The position numbers and the translations under genes were made by a program. Below, piece after piece: positions 25,621 to 38,574 of a stretch of DNA of 64,000 bases. The stretch lies in contig OX597828.1 of assembly GCA_951406725.2 (NCBI GenBank), positions 2,418,001-2,482,000 on the forward strand, given 5' to 3'. The stretch is from Octopus vulgaris. Lineage: Eukaryota. Numbering within the stretch: the stretch's first letter is position 1; every line of letters starts with the position of its first letter. Below the pieces are notes generated by a model, which did no database searches, was not told where the DNA came from, and saw nothing but the letters and a program-made list of their open reading frames with translations.

Positions 25621-26802
25621 TATATATATATATATGCATATATATACATATGTATATGCATATATATACATATGTATATCTCTTATTATAAAAGGCAGAT
25701 TTTATCTGCCTCCCTTTGGGAGTTATACAAATCTACAATATAGGATTTCTTCAATTACAATTTACCTAGCATTTTTAAGAGTACAATGCATCGCGTCATG
25801 CCAGGTCCAGTTTTTTAAATTTAAACTCCAATTAAGCAAAATTTACAGAAAACTCACATTCTGGTGTGTGTGTCAAATGCTTTTCTTAGTCTGGTTTACA
25901 CCACACGCAAACGCACACACAGTGGGCAACGAATAAAATGAAAGTAATTCACTTACTGTAGTGAGTGATTCTTTCACTCTGCCTCCCACTTCCTCTTTCC
26001 ACACATAGACACGCAAATATATAAATAAAATTGTAAGCTAACGTGCGTGTGTGCGCGTGTGTGTGTGAGGGTGCGTACGTGTGTGTGTGTGTGTGTGTGT
26101 GCGTGTGCGTGAGTGTGTGACAGGAAAGTTTTTTACGACGAATATAACACCTATATCCAAGTAGCAGAAAGATAAGACAGTAAGGTGTGATTTGAGGGAG
26201 ATTTGGCTGCTATTTCTACCATGTCTAGCTGCCATGTAGGGGTCTCCCTCATAGGCTCATACATACATATATACATAGATAAGACAGTAAGGTGTGATTT
26301 GGGGGAAATTTGGCTGCTATTTCTACCAGGTCTAGCTACCATGTAGAGGTCCCCCTCATTGGCTCATATATATATACATACATAAGACAGTAAGGTGTGA
26401 TTTGAGGGAGATTTGGCTGCTGTTTCTACCAGGTCTGTTAGGCCTTCTCATGTAAACTCAAGCTTTCTCATGCCTTGAACATAAGACCAAAGCAGAGAAT
26501 GTATTCTTTTATTCTTCTGCTTTTTCCAGCCATTGGTCTGTGGCCATGCTGGGGCAATGCCTTGAAGAATTGTAGTTTAATGAATCAACTCCAGTTTTAT
26601 TTTTGTAAGCATTGTACTTATTCTATCTGTTTCCTTTGTCAAACCACTAGGTGACAGGGATGTAAACAAACCAACATTCGTTGTCAAGCAGTGGTGGAGG
26701 ACAATCACAAGCACAGACACGCACACACACACACACATACATGCATACACATATACACACATACATACATACATACATATATATATATGTGTGTATATAT
26801 AT

Positions 26803-27058
26803 ATTGCAGCGTGGAAGGTGCTTGTAAGCCATTTAAGAAACACAAAAACCGTTACATTCACTTCAACATTTAAATTTAATTTGCCAAAATATTTTCCTCG
26901 CTTTCAGACCGCGACCTGTTCACTGACAAAAATATCGTGCTAACAGGTCGCGGTCTCAAAGCGACGAAAATATTTTCACAAATTAAATTTAAATGTTGAA
27001 GTGAATCTAACGGTTTTTGTGTTTCTTAAATGGCTTGTAAACACCTTCAACGCTGCAA
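26803..27058. repeat. Long inverted repeat (~117-bp arms)
   Basis: ttgcagcgtggaaggtg...gaccgcgacctgtt / aacaggtcgcggtc...caccttcaacgctgcaa. Confidence 0.92.
26880..26930 (-). ncRNA. Variant hammerhead motif (G3-C8 core) in a fold-back repeat
   Basis: tttgtca-GTGAACA-g-gtcgc..gcgag-GAAA-atat-TT-tggcaaa; the opposite arm supplies the intact gcgac strand of stem II. Confidence 0.5.
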
Positions 27059-27220
27059 CTGTTTTCGTTCCAGCACACGATCTCAGATCAAGTCACTTGC
27101 TATGCAAGTACATCTCTGTAACTATATATATATTTATATATATATATATATGTATATTGGTAAAAACAGTAAGATAACAAAAGAAAGAAAGAGACCTCAA
27201 TATTATGTAAATAGAGGAAA

Positions 27221-27614
27221 TCTTTATATATAAAAGTGAGGTTGTGTGTCTGTCTCCTACGATTTAGATTCCTAACTACTCCCACATTTTGCGGTGCAGT
27301 TTAACCAAAACCGGGTATCTTATAGTCGTGATTCATATCGAGACCGTCTGGGTATTAGCGCGCGTCTACGATGAGTCTACGATTTAAAAAAAAATTTACC
27401 ATCAATTTTTCCCATTTTTAATCCGTTTTTGACATATATAAGGGAAGTAACTCTCTAAAATTTATTATTAAATCTCAGAACGTAAAAAGCTACAGTAACA
27501 CCCTCCCCCTTTGTGGTTAGCCATATTGAGATGGCTATTATACTTTACATCTCTAAAAATGCTTATATAATTATTTCCCTTACAAACCCGAGCAACGCCG
27601 GGCGATACTGCTAG
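27221..27614 (+). mobile_element. Non-autonomous Helitron (same family)
   Basis: A|TC...cccgagcaacgccgggcgatactgCTAG|T; shares 5' and 3' blocks with 24996-25620. Confidence 0.88.
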
Positions 27615-27615
27615 T

Positions 27616-27665
27616 GCATATATATATATAAATATGCATATATACACACACATATATATATATAC

Positions 27666-27696
<31 letters not shown>

Positions 27697-28062
27697 CATA
27701 CATATATATACATATATATACATACATATACATGTATATACATATATATATATATGCATGTATATACATATATACACATACATATATATACATATATATA
27801 CATACATATATATATATACATACATATATACATACATACATATATATATATATACATACATAGATATATATATACATACATATATACATATATATATATA
27901 CATACATATATATATATACATACATATATATATACATACATATATATATACATACATATATACATACATATATATATACATACATATATATATACATACA
28001 TATATATATACATACATATATATATACATATATATACATACATATATATATATATACATACA
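27616..28062. repeat. Compound (TA)n/(TACA)n microsatellite
   Basis: Directly visible; similar tracts at 2560-2600, 2905-3010, 3458-3518, 4370-4466, 24280-24435 and 37900-38125. Confidence 0.95.
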
Positions 28063-28245
28063 TATATAATATAATTCGAGACAAAACCACTATTTTAAAA
28101 CCAAACAAGGAAAGACTTAATCAATACATAAAATTTTAATATAAATTAAATAATTTATTTAAATTATATTAAAATTTTATGTATTGATTAAGTCTTTCCT
28201 TGTTTAGTTTTAAAATAGTGGTTTTGTCTCGAATTATATTATATA
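28063..28245. repeat. 183-bp near-perfect palindrome
   Basis: Centre at 28154, 1-nt loop, two mismatches seen. Confidence 0.95.
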
Positions 28246-29290
28246 ATATTTTACTATAAAATTGGATTTAACACTAAATCTGATTTTTCCCTGTAATTCT
28301 GGAATCATTCCCTAATATTTATTATACATACATATATATATATATATACATACATACATATATATATACATACATACATATATATATATACATATATAAT
28401 ATAACAAATGTGAAAACTAATTTCTCTATGTCCTTGTTACACACTTTGACCCTGTCTCTCTCACTATCCAATGACACTTCCTTGTGCTGGGGTGAGAATA
28501 ACAGTAGGCATGGGGACGGTGAGAGTGGTGGTGAAGATAGAAAGAGGAAGAGAGGGAGTAAAAGAGAGACAAAGAAATTTAGGGAGAGTTGATAATGTTT
28601 TATTAAAAGTAGTAGTGTTGATGGTGGCAGTAGGAGTAATAATAAGAGAGAGAGGGAAAGAGTGGGTATGTGAGAGAAAGAGGGAGATGATGTACAACTT
28701 TCCTGGACAGAAATTCCTGTGGCCAGCATATTGAACCAACTATTGAACACTCATTTCTGTTTTATTTTTTGCTCTCTTAATACATACATACATACATATA
28801 TATATGTATATGTGTGTGTGTGTGTGCACGCGTGCATGTACATATATACATACACACATACATATAAAATACACTTTAATTGAAATACAGTTTCCCCAAA
28901 ATTAAACATATCTAATATAATAAATGTGAATGTCAGTGTGTCACACTTTTCCAGCTTTACTCCTAGAGGCTGTACCCCAACCTATCATACCATTTTGGAA
29001 TCAGGCTGAGTAAATTTAAAACATTCCAGGCTGAATCCAGACCTGCAATCCTGAAATTTTGGATTCCTGTTTTCATTACTGCGATTGTTTATTTTTTTAC
29101 ATGATTTTTAGCGATGAATGATTGGGATAGGACCCAGAAGGAAGCAATTGCAACAAATTCTCCAAAACAAGTCAAAGATCTGTTTGCAGATCTTCCCATT
29201 CAGGTTCAGTTGCTTTTAAGCTGATATGTATGTATATATATATATATATATATATATGTTTGTATGTATGTATATATATGTAAATATATA

Positions 29291-29585
29291 TATTATTGTC
29301 TGGGGAGAGTCAATCTCTTTTAGTGCCTTGTTATTTAACACACTCACCAGTTTGATTTCCACTCATTTACTTACTCTTTTACTTGTTTCAGTCATGTAAC
29401 TGTGACCATGCTGGAGCACTGCCTTTAGTCAAGCAAATCGACCCCAGGACTTATTCTTTGTAAGCCTAGTACTTATTCTATAGGTCTCTTTTGCCGAACT
29501 GCTAAGTTATGGGGAAGTAAACACACCAGCATCGGTTGTCAAGCAATGTTGGGGGCGGGGGACAAACACAGACACACAAACATAT

Positions 29586-29621
<36 letters not shown>

Positions 29622-29972
29622 ATACATACACATATATATGACGGGCTTCTTTCAGTTTCGGTCTACTAAATCCACTCACAAGGCTTTGGTCGGCCCAAGG
29701 CTATAGTAGAAGACAGTTGCCCAAGGTGCCACACAGTGGGACTGAACCTGGAAGCTACTTACCACACAGCCACACCTGCGCCTACTTATTTATTTTTTCT
29801 AAAAATTGTGTTGTGCCTTGCAACCTCTTCAATAGTCGTTGGACTATTGAAGAGGTTGCAAGGAGCAACGAAAATTTTAGAAAAAATAAATAAGTAAATG
29901 AGTGGAAACTTTACTGGTGAGTGTGTTAAGTAATAAGGCACTAAAAGAGAATGACTCTCCCCAGACACAATA
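29291..29972. repeat. Fold-back repeat with one arm interrupted by a SINE
   Basis: 29291-29373 plus 29785-29837 are the reverse complement of 29842-29972. Confidence 0.88.
29844..29880 (+). ncRNA. Variant hammerhead motif (U3) in a fold-back repeat
   Basis: cta-TTGAAGA-g-gttgc-aagga-gcaac-GAAA-at-TT-tag; stem I is only 3 bp. Confidence 0.4.
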
Positions 29973-30411
29973 AAATATTGGACATTTTATCCTGCAGTTC
30001 AGAATTTTCCTAGGATCTCCTGCCTTGATCTGTTTTGAAATATCATTACCACAAACTTACCTCGTAACTGTTATGGGATTATAGCAGCATACATCACAAC
30101 CATAATGAACATTCCAAAATAGAACTTTTATTGTTCTCTAGTGATTCAAATTCCTTAAAGCATTTTCTCCATCTACAGTGTTTCTTTTATCTTCTGCTTG
30201 TTTCAGTCATTTGACTATAGCCATGCTGGTGCACTGCCTTGAAGGGTTACTGTTGAGCAAAGTAACCCTAAGATTTTTTTAAAGCCGGGTACTTATTCCA
30301 TTGTTCTCTTTTGCTGAGCCATTAAGTAATGGGAATGTAAACACACCAACACCAGTTGCTAAGTGGTGGTGGGGGACATACACAGGTACAAAGACACACA
30401 CATGTATATAT

Positions 30412-32375
30412 TAGAGTGGAGCAAAAAATGCAACTTTCAAAATATCAAGAATCGATATTTTTCTGCAGATTAGGGTTAAAAGAAAGGTGTATAAAGAACC
30501 CTGCAGTGAAATATTTTTTCAGGCTTCACAACGCAATTGAAAATTTTTAAATTCGTTATTTTTGGTCAAATTTTGTAACGAATGCATATTTCTACATAGC
30601 AGAATGCAAAGCAGTAAATATAGTATCCATAATAGATTGCATACCAAGTTTCAATACAAGTGACCAATATCTTGAGGTTCCACGTTGACTATAAAGTGAA
30701 CAGTAGTGGGAACTTCTCTCCAGTGCTGCTGCGATGGTCATTGTGTGTGGACATACGTCATACGTGTGTGAAGTTTTCTGCTTTGTATCTTGACTTTAGG
30801 TCATTGTATCAAAATGATCGTGTTAAATTAAATGTTGTTTACATTTGGTGATAATTCATAAACCAATAATGCGTCATGATACTGAATGCCCAATATTTAA
30901 TACTTTATATGATCTTAGCGAATGAGTTTTGCCAGCTTACAAGGATGTACTAAAATGTGTTTTATTTGAATGAGAAAAAGAAAAAAATGTAGTTAAGAGA
31001 GATCCTTCAATTAAACAAATTATCAAGATTGTAGCAGAAAAGATAATTCTTCTTTGGCAAAAGGCATCCATCCCTAGTGTTACAATTCAGTCAGTTAAAC
31101 TAAAAATCTTAAACTTTTTATCTGAAGTACCAATTCACAATTTAGCACAACTTTTCCTTGGAAACTGGGGCTTTAAATGTATTCAAGATGATTGAGAAAT
31201 GGATCAAGCGGTGGAGGACATTGTATTTCCAGTTATTCAATGGAATGCTTTCTTTGTGCACCCAGAAAATATTTTACTGGCCATGATGAATGGAGTCACA
31301 TTCGAGAACTAGCAAGGAGGTGCATAAAACAGGCTCAAACACAGTATAAAGGGAAATCTGTGTGACCATTCACAATTCCAATCCTAAACTTTGCTGCATC
31401 AAATTACATGGACACAAATAACTGGTAGGACACAATTGTTACTGAACTACCTCCAACACAGGCATTTTTTGATGAAGAAATTAACACTTTCATTCATTTG
31501 ATGCAACTAGGAAAATTACCATGCCACACCCAAGCTGTGTAAAACTTGTGACAGAGGTATCATCTAATGTTTGTGGTGAGAACAGTCAAGATGGTTTCAT
31601 TAGGAAATTAATCAAATCAAAAGAAAAAATTCTGATGTTCAACACAAAAAAAAAGCACTTCAAATTGAAAGGTAATACAGCAATAATCGATTAGAATTGT
31701 TTAGTTTTAGCTATTTTGAACATAAACAAACAATTAGCATATTATGTCGTTTTAGGAATTTCCAAAACAACAAACCTTTGTTCCATTCTTTATTTGAGAG
31801 TGAGTGGCTAATTCTTGTCTATGAAAAAAATTAATTGGCTTTATTACTGGAATGAAAAGGAATGCACTACAATGATTTGTATTCTTTAGTTACATGAAAT
31901 TACTTCGAATAAATTGGAAATGTTAATTGATTTTATCACCAAAATGTGTCAAGAATCAAAAATTGGTTTACACGTTAGTGCATGTAACACATATATTCAG
32001 TAACCTACTGTTAAAAATAATAAAGAAAACAAAGTTGAAAAGTCTATTTATTCAAAATTTCTGGTATGTTGCGGAGCCTGAAGATATAAATTTTAGAGCT
32101 TGAGATTTTAACTTGTTTTTAAAGGATTTTGCAAAAGAAAATTGATTCCTAACAATGAATGTCAAAAATAAAATGAGGAATGGCAAACGTGTTATAAATT
32201 GGTTTTCCGCTCATTATTCAAAATTTCAAGTAGGCTGTGGAGCCTGAAGATGTAAATTTAAGAACTTCAGATTTTAACAGTTGTTTTTAAAGGATTTTGC
32301 AAAAAAAAAAAATATATATTCTTGAAAATGTATTTCGAAAATCTGTGTAAAAAGTACCTTTTTTGCTCCACCCTA
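30412..32375 (+). mobile_element. hAT-superfamily (hATm-like) transposon relic inserted in a SINE
   Basis: TIRs tagagtggagcaaaaa / tttttgctccacccta; 8-bp flanks gtatatat/atatatat; remnants HPENILLAM, LNFAASNY, LPCHTQAV, KLVTEVS..DGFIR. Subfamily assignment is from memory. Confidence 0.7.
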
Positions 32376-33060
32376 ATATATATGTACGACAGGCTTCTTT
32401 CAGTTTCTACCAAATTCATTCGCAAGGCTTTGGTTGGCCCATGGTTATAGTAGAAGACACTTGTCCAAGGTGTCACACAGTGAGACTGAAGCTAGAGCTA
32501 TGTGGTTGGGAAGAAAGTTTCTTACCACACAGCCATACTTGCACCTATAAATACAAAAATATATGTCATAATCTAATCTGATACCAGTTATTTGCTTGTC
32601 TGTATTTTTATTCTATGTATGTGTGTGTGTGTATGTAAATTTTTCACTTTCCACACAAATAAATACAATACATACATTCATATACACACATACATATACT
32701 TGGTAATAAGATACACTTGTATTCCAGAGGGTGCATAATAATTAGTCTCAGCAAAGCATTTTGAAAATGCAACAAAAATGTTTTGGATGAAAGAATTGAC
32801 AGAAAGAGCAAAGCCTTTATATACAATTCAAAGAAAAATTGCATGATCTTCCACTACACTGCTTGATGAGAGGTCTTTGAGAAGAAGACCTCTCATTAGG
32901 AAATGTAAAATGACAGAATCCATCAGTGACCAGCAATTCTTGAGGTTGAATACAGAACTGTCAAAAATGGACAAATGTCCCCCAAAAAGGGACACAATTA
33001 TATCCAACTAGGTGAAACTGTTCCATAGGGGAAATGTGTCTCAAAGTGTTCAGTATAGAA

Positions 33061-33565
33061 TTAAGGGTGGAATTCTGGTTTAAGCACCCCATATAAACCC
33101 TCATAATTTTTGTTTTTAATATTTGTAATCTTCAGAAAACTTCTGCAAATTTGTGTCCTATACAAGGGAATTCACAGAATTATGAAAAAATTTTTTCTTC
33201 AATTTTTTAACCCTCTTCACCTCATATATCCTAAAATTTCCACTCTTTTTTGAATCTTTTTAAATATCAGAATTTAAAATATGGACAGTTCAAGTATTTT
33301 ATGGGGAGAAAAATACTGAAGAGTACTGAAAAACATCAATACATGTCACAGTGACAAAGAAACAAGGAAGGTATCAGCTGGTCATGAGATGTGCTAAAAA
33401 TAACAGCTAAATTGCCCTTAAATCACACAAAAAAATTCTTTTATATTATCATATGAATTCCCATATGTAGAACACAAATTTGTAAAAATTTTCTGAAAAT
33501 TTCCAAAAATAAAGAATTTATGAGAGGTTATATGGAGCACTTAAACCAGAATTCTACTGAATTAA
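33061..33565. mobile_element. TIR MITE (possibly Kolobok-like, TTAA flanks)
   Basis: gaattctggtttaagcaccccatataa / ttatatggagcacttaaaccagaattc with ~130-bp degenerate arms. Confidence 0.55.
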
Positions 33566-33759
33566 CTTCCTAGGAAATATATATATTTTGCAATATGACA
33601 CTTCCATACTTTACATGGAACACCATTTTTAATCTTAGAGAGGTATTTTTTTACCAAATATGTTCAACAAGTCTCCATAAAATTGTAAATGGCTATGACA
33701 TGAAAACATGGTAAAAAAATGTAAAATTGGTGATGATGGTTGTATAACTGGCACAAAAT

Positions 33760-34055
33760 CAGTTACAATGATGAGGGTTCCAGTTGATCCAATCAACAGA
33801 ACAGCCTACTCCTGAAATTAACGTGCAAGTGGTTGAGTACTCCACAGACATGTGTTCCCTTAATGTGGTTCTCAGGGAGATCCAGCATAACACAAGATGC
33901 GACAAGGTTGGCCCTTTGAAATACAGTTACTATTCATTTTTGTCAGCTGAGTCGACTGGAGCAAAGTGAAATAAAGTGTTTTGCTGAAGGACACAAAGCA
34001 TCACTGGGAATTGAACTCACGGCCTTACAGTTGTGAGCTCAATACTCCTACCCAT
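33760..34055 (-). mobile_element. tRNA-derived SINE (third family)
   Basis: gagggttccagttgatccaatcaac...gaaattaacgtgcaagtgg...gaattgaactcac; second copy at 41535-41830. Confidence 0.78.
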
Positions 34056-37000
34056 GAAGAGATACACCTGATGGTTATATATTTACTAGTGAATACCAGC
34101 AGAAAATCAACTTATGGTAAATTGTATGGAGAGGAATAACTCTATAATAAAGCACATACTCCTTTTTCTCATTTAATATATGATACATATAAATACAAAT
34201 TAGTGGCTGTGTAGTAAGAGATTGACTTCCCAACCTCATGGTTCTGGGCTCAGTCCCATTGCATGGCACTTTGGGCAAGTGTCTCCCATTGTAGCCTCAA
34301 GCTGACCAAAGCCTTGTAAGTGGTTTCAGTACACAGAAACTGAAAGAAGCTTGTTTTGTATACATATATAAGTGTGTGTCTTTGTGTCTGTGTTTGTGCC
34401 CTGCCACTACTTGACAACCGGCATAGGGGTGTTTATGTCCCAATAACTTAGCAGTTCAGCAATAGAATAAGTATCGGGCTTAAAAGAAATAAGTGTTGGG
34501 GTTGATTTCTTCAACTAAAATTCTTCAAGGCAGTGCTCCAGCATGGCCACAGTCTGACGACTGAAAAAAGTAAAAGGATAAAGAGGTAACTAAACAAAAT
34601 GTTTTCAGACGGTTAAAGTTTTGAACATTTCCACTCAATAGTCACTTAGCTAAACATCTTACTTGATGCTTTTAAGAAATAATGAAAGTATCAGAGCTGA
34701 ACTGCCTAAATGACCGAGAGTAGTTCTACAACAGTCTAACATAGTGAAATTACTATAGCAAATATATATTTCGCACACACACATACACTGATTAAGGTAT
34801 GTAGGAAGGTAAGTAAACACTGAGATAGTGTTTTTCTCATTATCTGTTTCTTTGATGAGGAATAATTATCTAACATTGCTTTCTCCAGAGAAAAATCAAT
34901 TTCTCCCATGAGACCAAAATGAAATTGAATAATTACAAATCATTTCTTGTAACTTATGGCTACATAGCATTTGTAGCTATAACATCCATTAATAGTAATT
35001 CATATTTGCCATGGATAATAATTACAATCAATACTCTTAGCTGTGCAATCCAAAATTTGTGCAGTTAGTAAAATCTGGTTCCAGATGGTTTTGACAATGA
35101 ATCATCATTCAACAATCTTTTCTATTGCCTTCCAGAACAAGTAGTAACAGAAAAAAAAAATAACAGAAAACAAAAAAACAAATTCGATTTGTTGATAATT
35201 ATTTATAAAAGAAATAATATTTCTGTTGGTTGCATCTATAAATATCCACTTGGTTTTTAGGATTTTCTTCATGATTTTTAAATATAATACAAAGTAGAGA
35301 TTTTGTTCTGAAACCAGAATGGTTAAATGTAACTCATTAATCATCACTTCTCAATCATATGGATTTGATGTTGCTGAAGATGACCATACAGTCAAGGTCT
35401 CTTTGTGCCATCTCCATCAGAGACAGAAACAGTGCAAAAATTAATTCTGCTTCCTTTAACTTCTCTAACAATATAACTTGTTAGACATTCATGAACTAGC
35501 ATATGTAGGTGCAGTAAGAGATGGAGAAAACGATTAGAAAAGCAAATATTACTATAAAGGAGAGAAATCGATTGCAACGGAAAGGGACCACCTTCATAAA
35601 CTGTTCCCGAAATCTTGCTTCACAAACATCTCATTCAACCCTGCACAAACAGGTAAGTTTAATATAATTTACCTGTAACAGAGTTACAGAAATTATTTTA
35701 ATCAATTTTTGTAACTTTCATACAAAATTTTCAGCCATCATCATCATCATCGTTTTCCATCCGTTTTCCATGCTAGCATGGGTTGGATGGTTCGACCGGG
35801 GTCTGGGAAGCCAGGGTGCTGCACCAGGCTCCAGTCTGATCTGGCAGTGTTTCTACAGCTATATGCCCTTCCTAACGCCAACCACTCTATGAGTGTAGTG
35901 GGTGCTTTTTACGTGCCACCAGGGGAGCCTGGCAATGGCCATGATCGGTTGGTGCTTTTTACGGGCCACCGGCACGGGTATCACAACTACAATTTCCATT
36001 TGATTTTTTGATGTTGATGTACTTGACTCAATAGGTCTCCACAAGCACAGCAGGCCGCCCTGCACTCCAAGGCACTTTAGATGGTCTGGGGCTTCTATGT
36101 AAAGCTGGTGCAAGAAACAGCCGAAAGCTCTCAGATTACTTCTGATAATGTCCTTGTAATTTTACGACTTCACTAGATGAAGACTCAAATATTCAAATAA
36201 ATATAAGATAATTTCTTAGGTGGGTAGAAAGCCAGAAATTTGTGAGTGTATGGAGGAAATATACTACAGATATTCCATGATATTGTGCTTTGGGAAAGAT
36301 CACTTAATTCTCCTTATCTAATATACAAAAGATAATTAGATCTCCAAGGAAAGTTGGCTATGATGGTCTAGCATCCTATCCAAAAGGAAAGATATTTCTT
36401 TCATATATTAAATACCTTAGAAATAAAAGGTAAGTCCTGGTTTTATTTGTCTGCTAAACAATGATTCATAGGATTAAAAGCTAATAAACATGATAATGGA
36501 GTCAAAGTTATAGAGTAAGATAGAGTTTAGATGAATTGAATACAGTTAATTTTCTACAATAGTAAACTCTCTGCCTTTTTTCTGTTGCCACTCTATTCTT
36601 GTTGCTGGTTGGTCTCATGCCATTTCTACTCAGGCGCATTAGAGTCACTCACCTCTCCTCTTCCCATCACCCTTGTTGTGGCCAACCTCACAGGCCCAGC
36701 ACTAATCTATATACATAGTCTTTCTTTCTCAAAACATTGCCTTCTGGTATTCCCTCCCTGCTCACATCTTCCTTGTATGTATTGACATGCAACAGTGTAA
36801 GTGTTGGTCTTGGAGGGCCTGTGAAAACCATGAGTATTTCCACAAGACCCAGCACATGTAAAAAGGAAAAAAAATTTAGTTTTGAAAAATAGTCATAAGA
36901 GAAATACTTAACAAAGAACAAACTGTTTTATTTTTCATTTCTTGATTAAGAAAAGGAATTTGACAGGATCCCACACTATATCGTTTAAATGGTAAATTGG

Positions 37001-37511
37001 TGACAATTGTGATTTAATAGATTATGAGCATGTTTGATGTCTGCTTGTCTAGATTGCCAAATCAACTAATTCTTGTCTGCTGCCCTAGTCTTCCAAATGT
37101 GCTATATTGTTAACAGTTCCACTAAGATGTTATATTAATTCATAAATATTAGATCATCAAAGATGGGGGATATACATATTTTAATAAATAATCCTTTTTT
37201 TTTTACATGACATTGTTATAGTTATAGAGGAAGTGTATAGTCAAATTAACTGCAATTTAATACAGTTATTTTTTTTTAGTGATCTTGGAACTATAAAAGG
37301 AGCAGTCAATAATGGCAGGATTTGAACTAAGAACTGAAATACTGTGCTTGGTATGCAAAGCATTTTTGTTCTGATGAGTGATATCCAAATGCTAATGCTC
37401 GTATATTCTTGTCATTATTTTACCTAATTTCATTATAAAGAAATGTAAAATAAAAAAAAAAACTTTGTAAAATAAATCATTCTAGAATGAATTTCAGTTA
37501 AAAATGTTATA

Positions 37512-37560
<49 letters not shown>

Positions 37561-37925
37561 GCATATATATGATCTGATTTAAACATTAAATTTTTAAATA
37601 ATTTTAATGGTTGTGGGAGAAGATTGACAATGATTCTAGAAGTGCAGTTCGTCCCTGCACTTACCTGATTATTTCAATGCAGTTGGAGACGTGAGTAAGT
37701 CATTCAGAAGTTAGCAGAGGAAGATGGCTTACAGGTGATCTGTGACACTGACAACAGCTTTAATGTTTAGAATGTTTGGAATTATCACATGACCTTCAGG
37801 TAAAATGAAAAAAACAGAAATAGAAAAGTCACTTCGTTAGTTGAGTTGATGACTCAAACAACAATATTTGCACCATGAGGTAAAGTTCTGCATAGCTAGT
37901 ATATAGTGCACATATATACATATAA

Positions 37926-37980
<55 letters not shown>

Positions 37981-38001
37981 TAAGTATATATACACATATA
38001 A

Positions 38002-38042
<41 letters not shown>

Positions 38043-38090
38043 CATATAAGTATATATACATATATATATATATATACACACACATATAAG

Positions 38091-38128
<38 letters not shown>

Positions 38129-38288
38129 TGCATTGCTGAAAGAATCAGTACACAGTCACCACCTCTTTTATTTTCTTAACTTATCACATCTTTTAATTCA
38201 GCTTCCTTTTCACACAAACACACACATACACACACACATATATAGATATGTATGTATGTGTATATGCATGTATATAATGTGTGTATGC

Positions 38289-38331
<43 letters not shown>

Positions 38332-38414
38332 TACATATACATATATATGTATGTATATATTTAAGGGCCATTTCCCACAGCAACCATTAAATTGTGTTAG
38401 GACAAAATTTCAGG

Positions 38415-38574
38415 TCAAGATGATATTTGTTCAAGCATTAACAAAATTGCCATTTTGACACCTTGAGCAAGTTCTTCACTGGTGTAGCCCTTGTCAAGTG
38501 TTGGAACATGTATAAACGCACATCGTGTTCGGTCTATGTACAATGAAGTAAAGTAGGAGTAATCACAGAGGTAT
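38415..38574 (-). CDS. PGPEP1: PGPEP1 coding exon 4 (stop)
   Basis: ttccttgcag| acceptor; 160 nt. (R)YLCDYSYFTSLYIDRTRCAFIHVPTLDKGYTSEELAQGVKMAILLMLEQISS*, with catalytic Cys (RYLC) and His (FIHVP). Total CDS 34+170+230+160=594 nt, 197 aa. Confidence 0.96.

Noticed and set aside
27468-28108. Long Y/I/M/C/H-rich ORFs (also 2565-3177, 24179-24555, 37829-38133, 53253-53883)
   Set aside because: Translations of TA/CA microsatellites, which lack stop codons; not proteins.
35521-35652. Plus-strand ATG exon ending CAG|gtaagt (MEKTIRKAN...)
   Set aside because: No recognisable homology or partner exons; the donor is part of a small palindrome.
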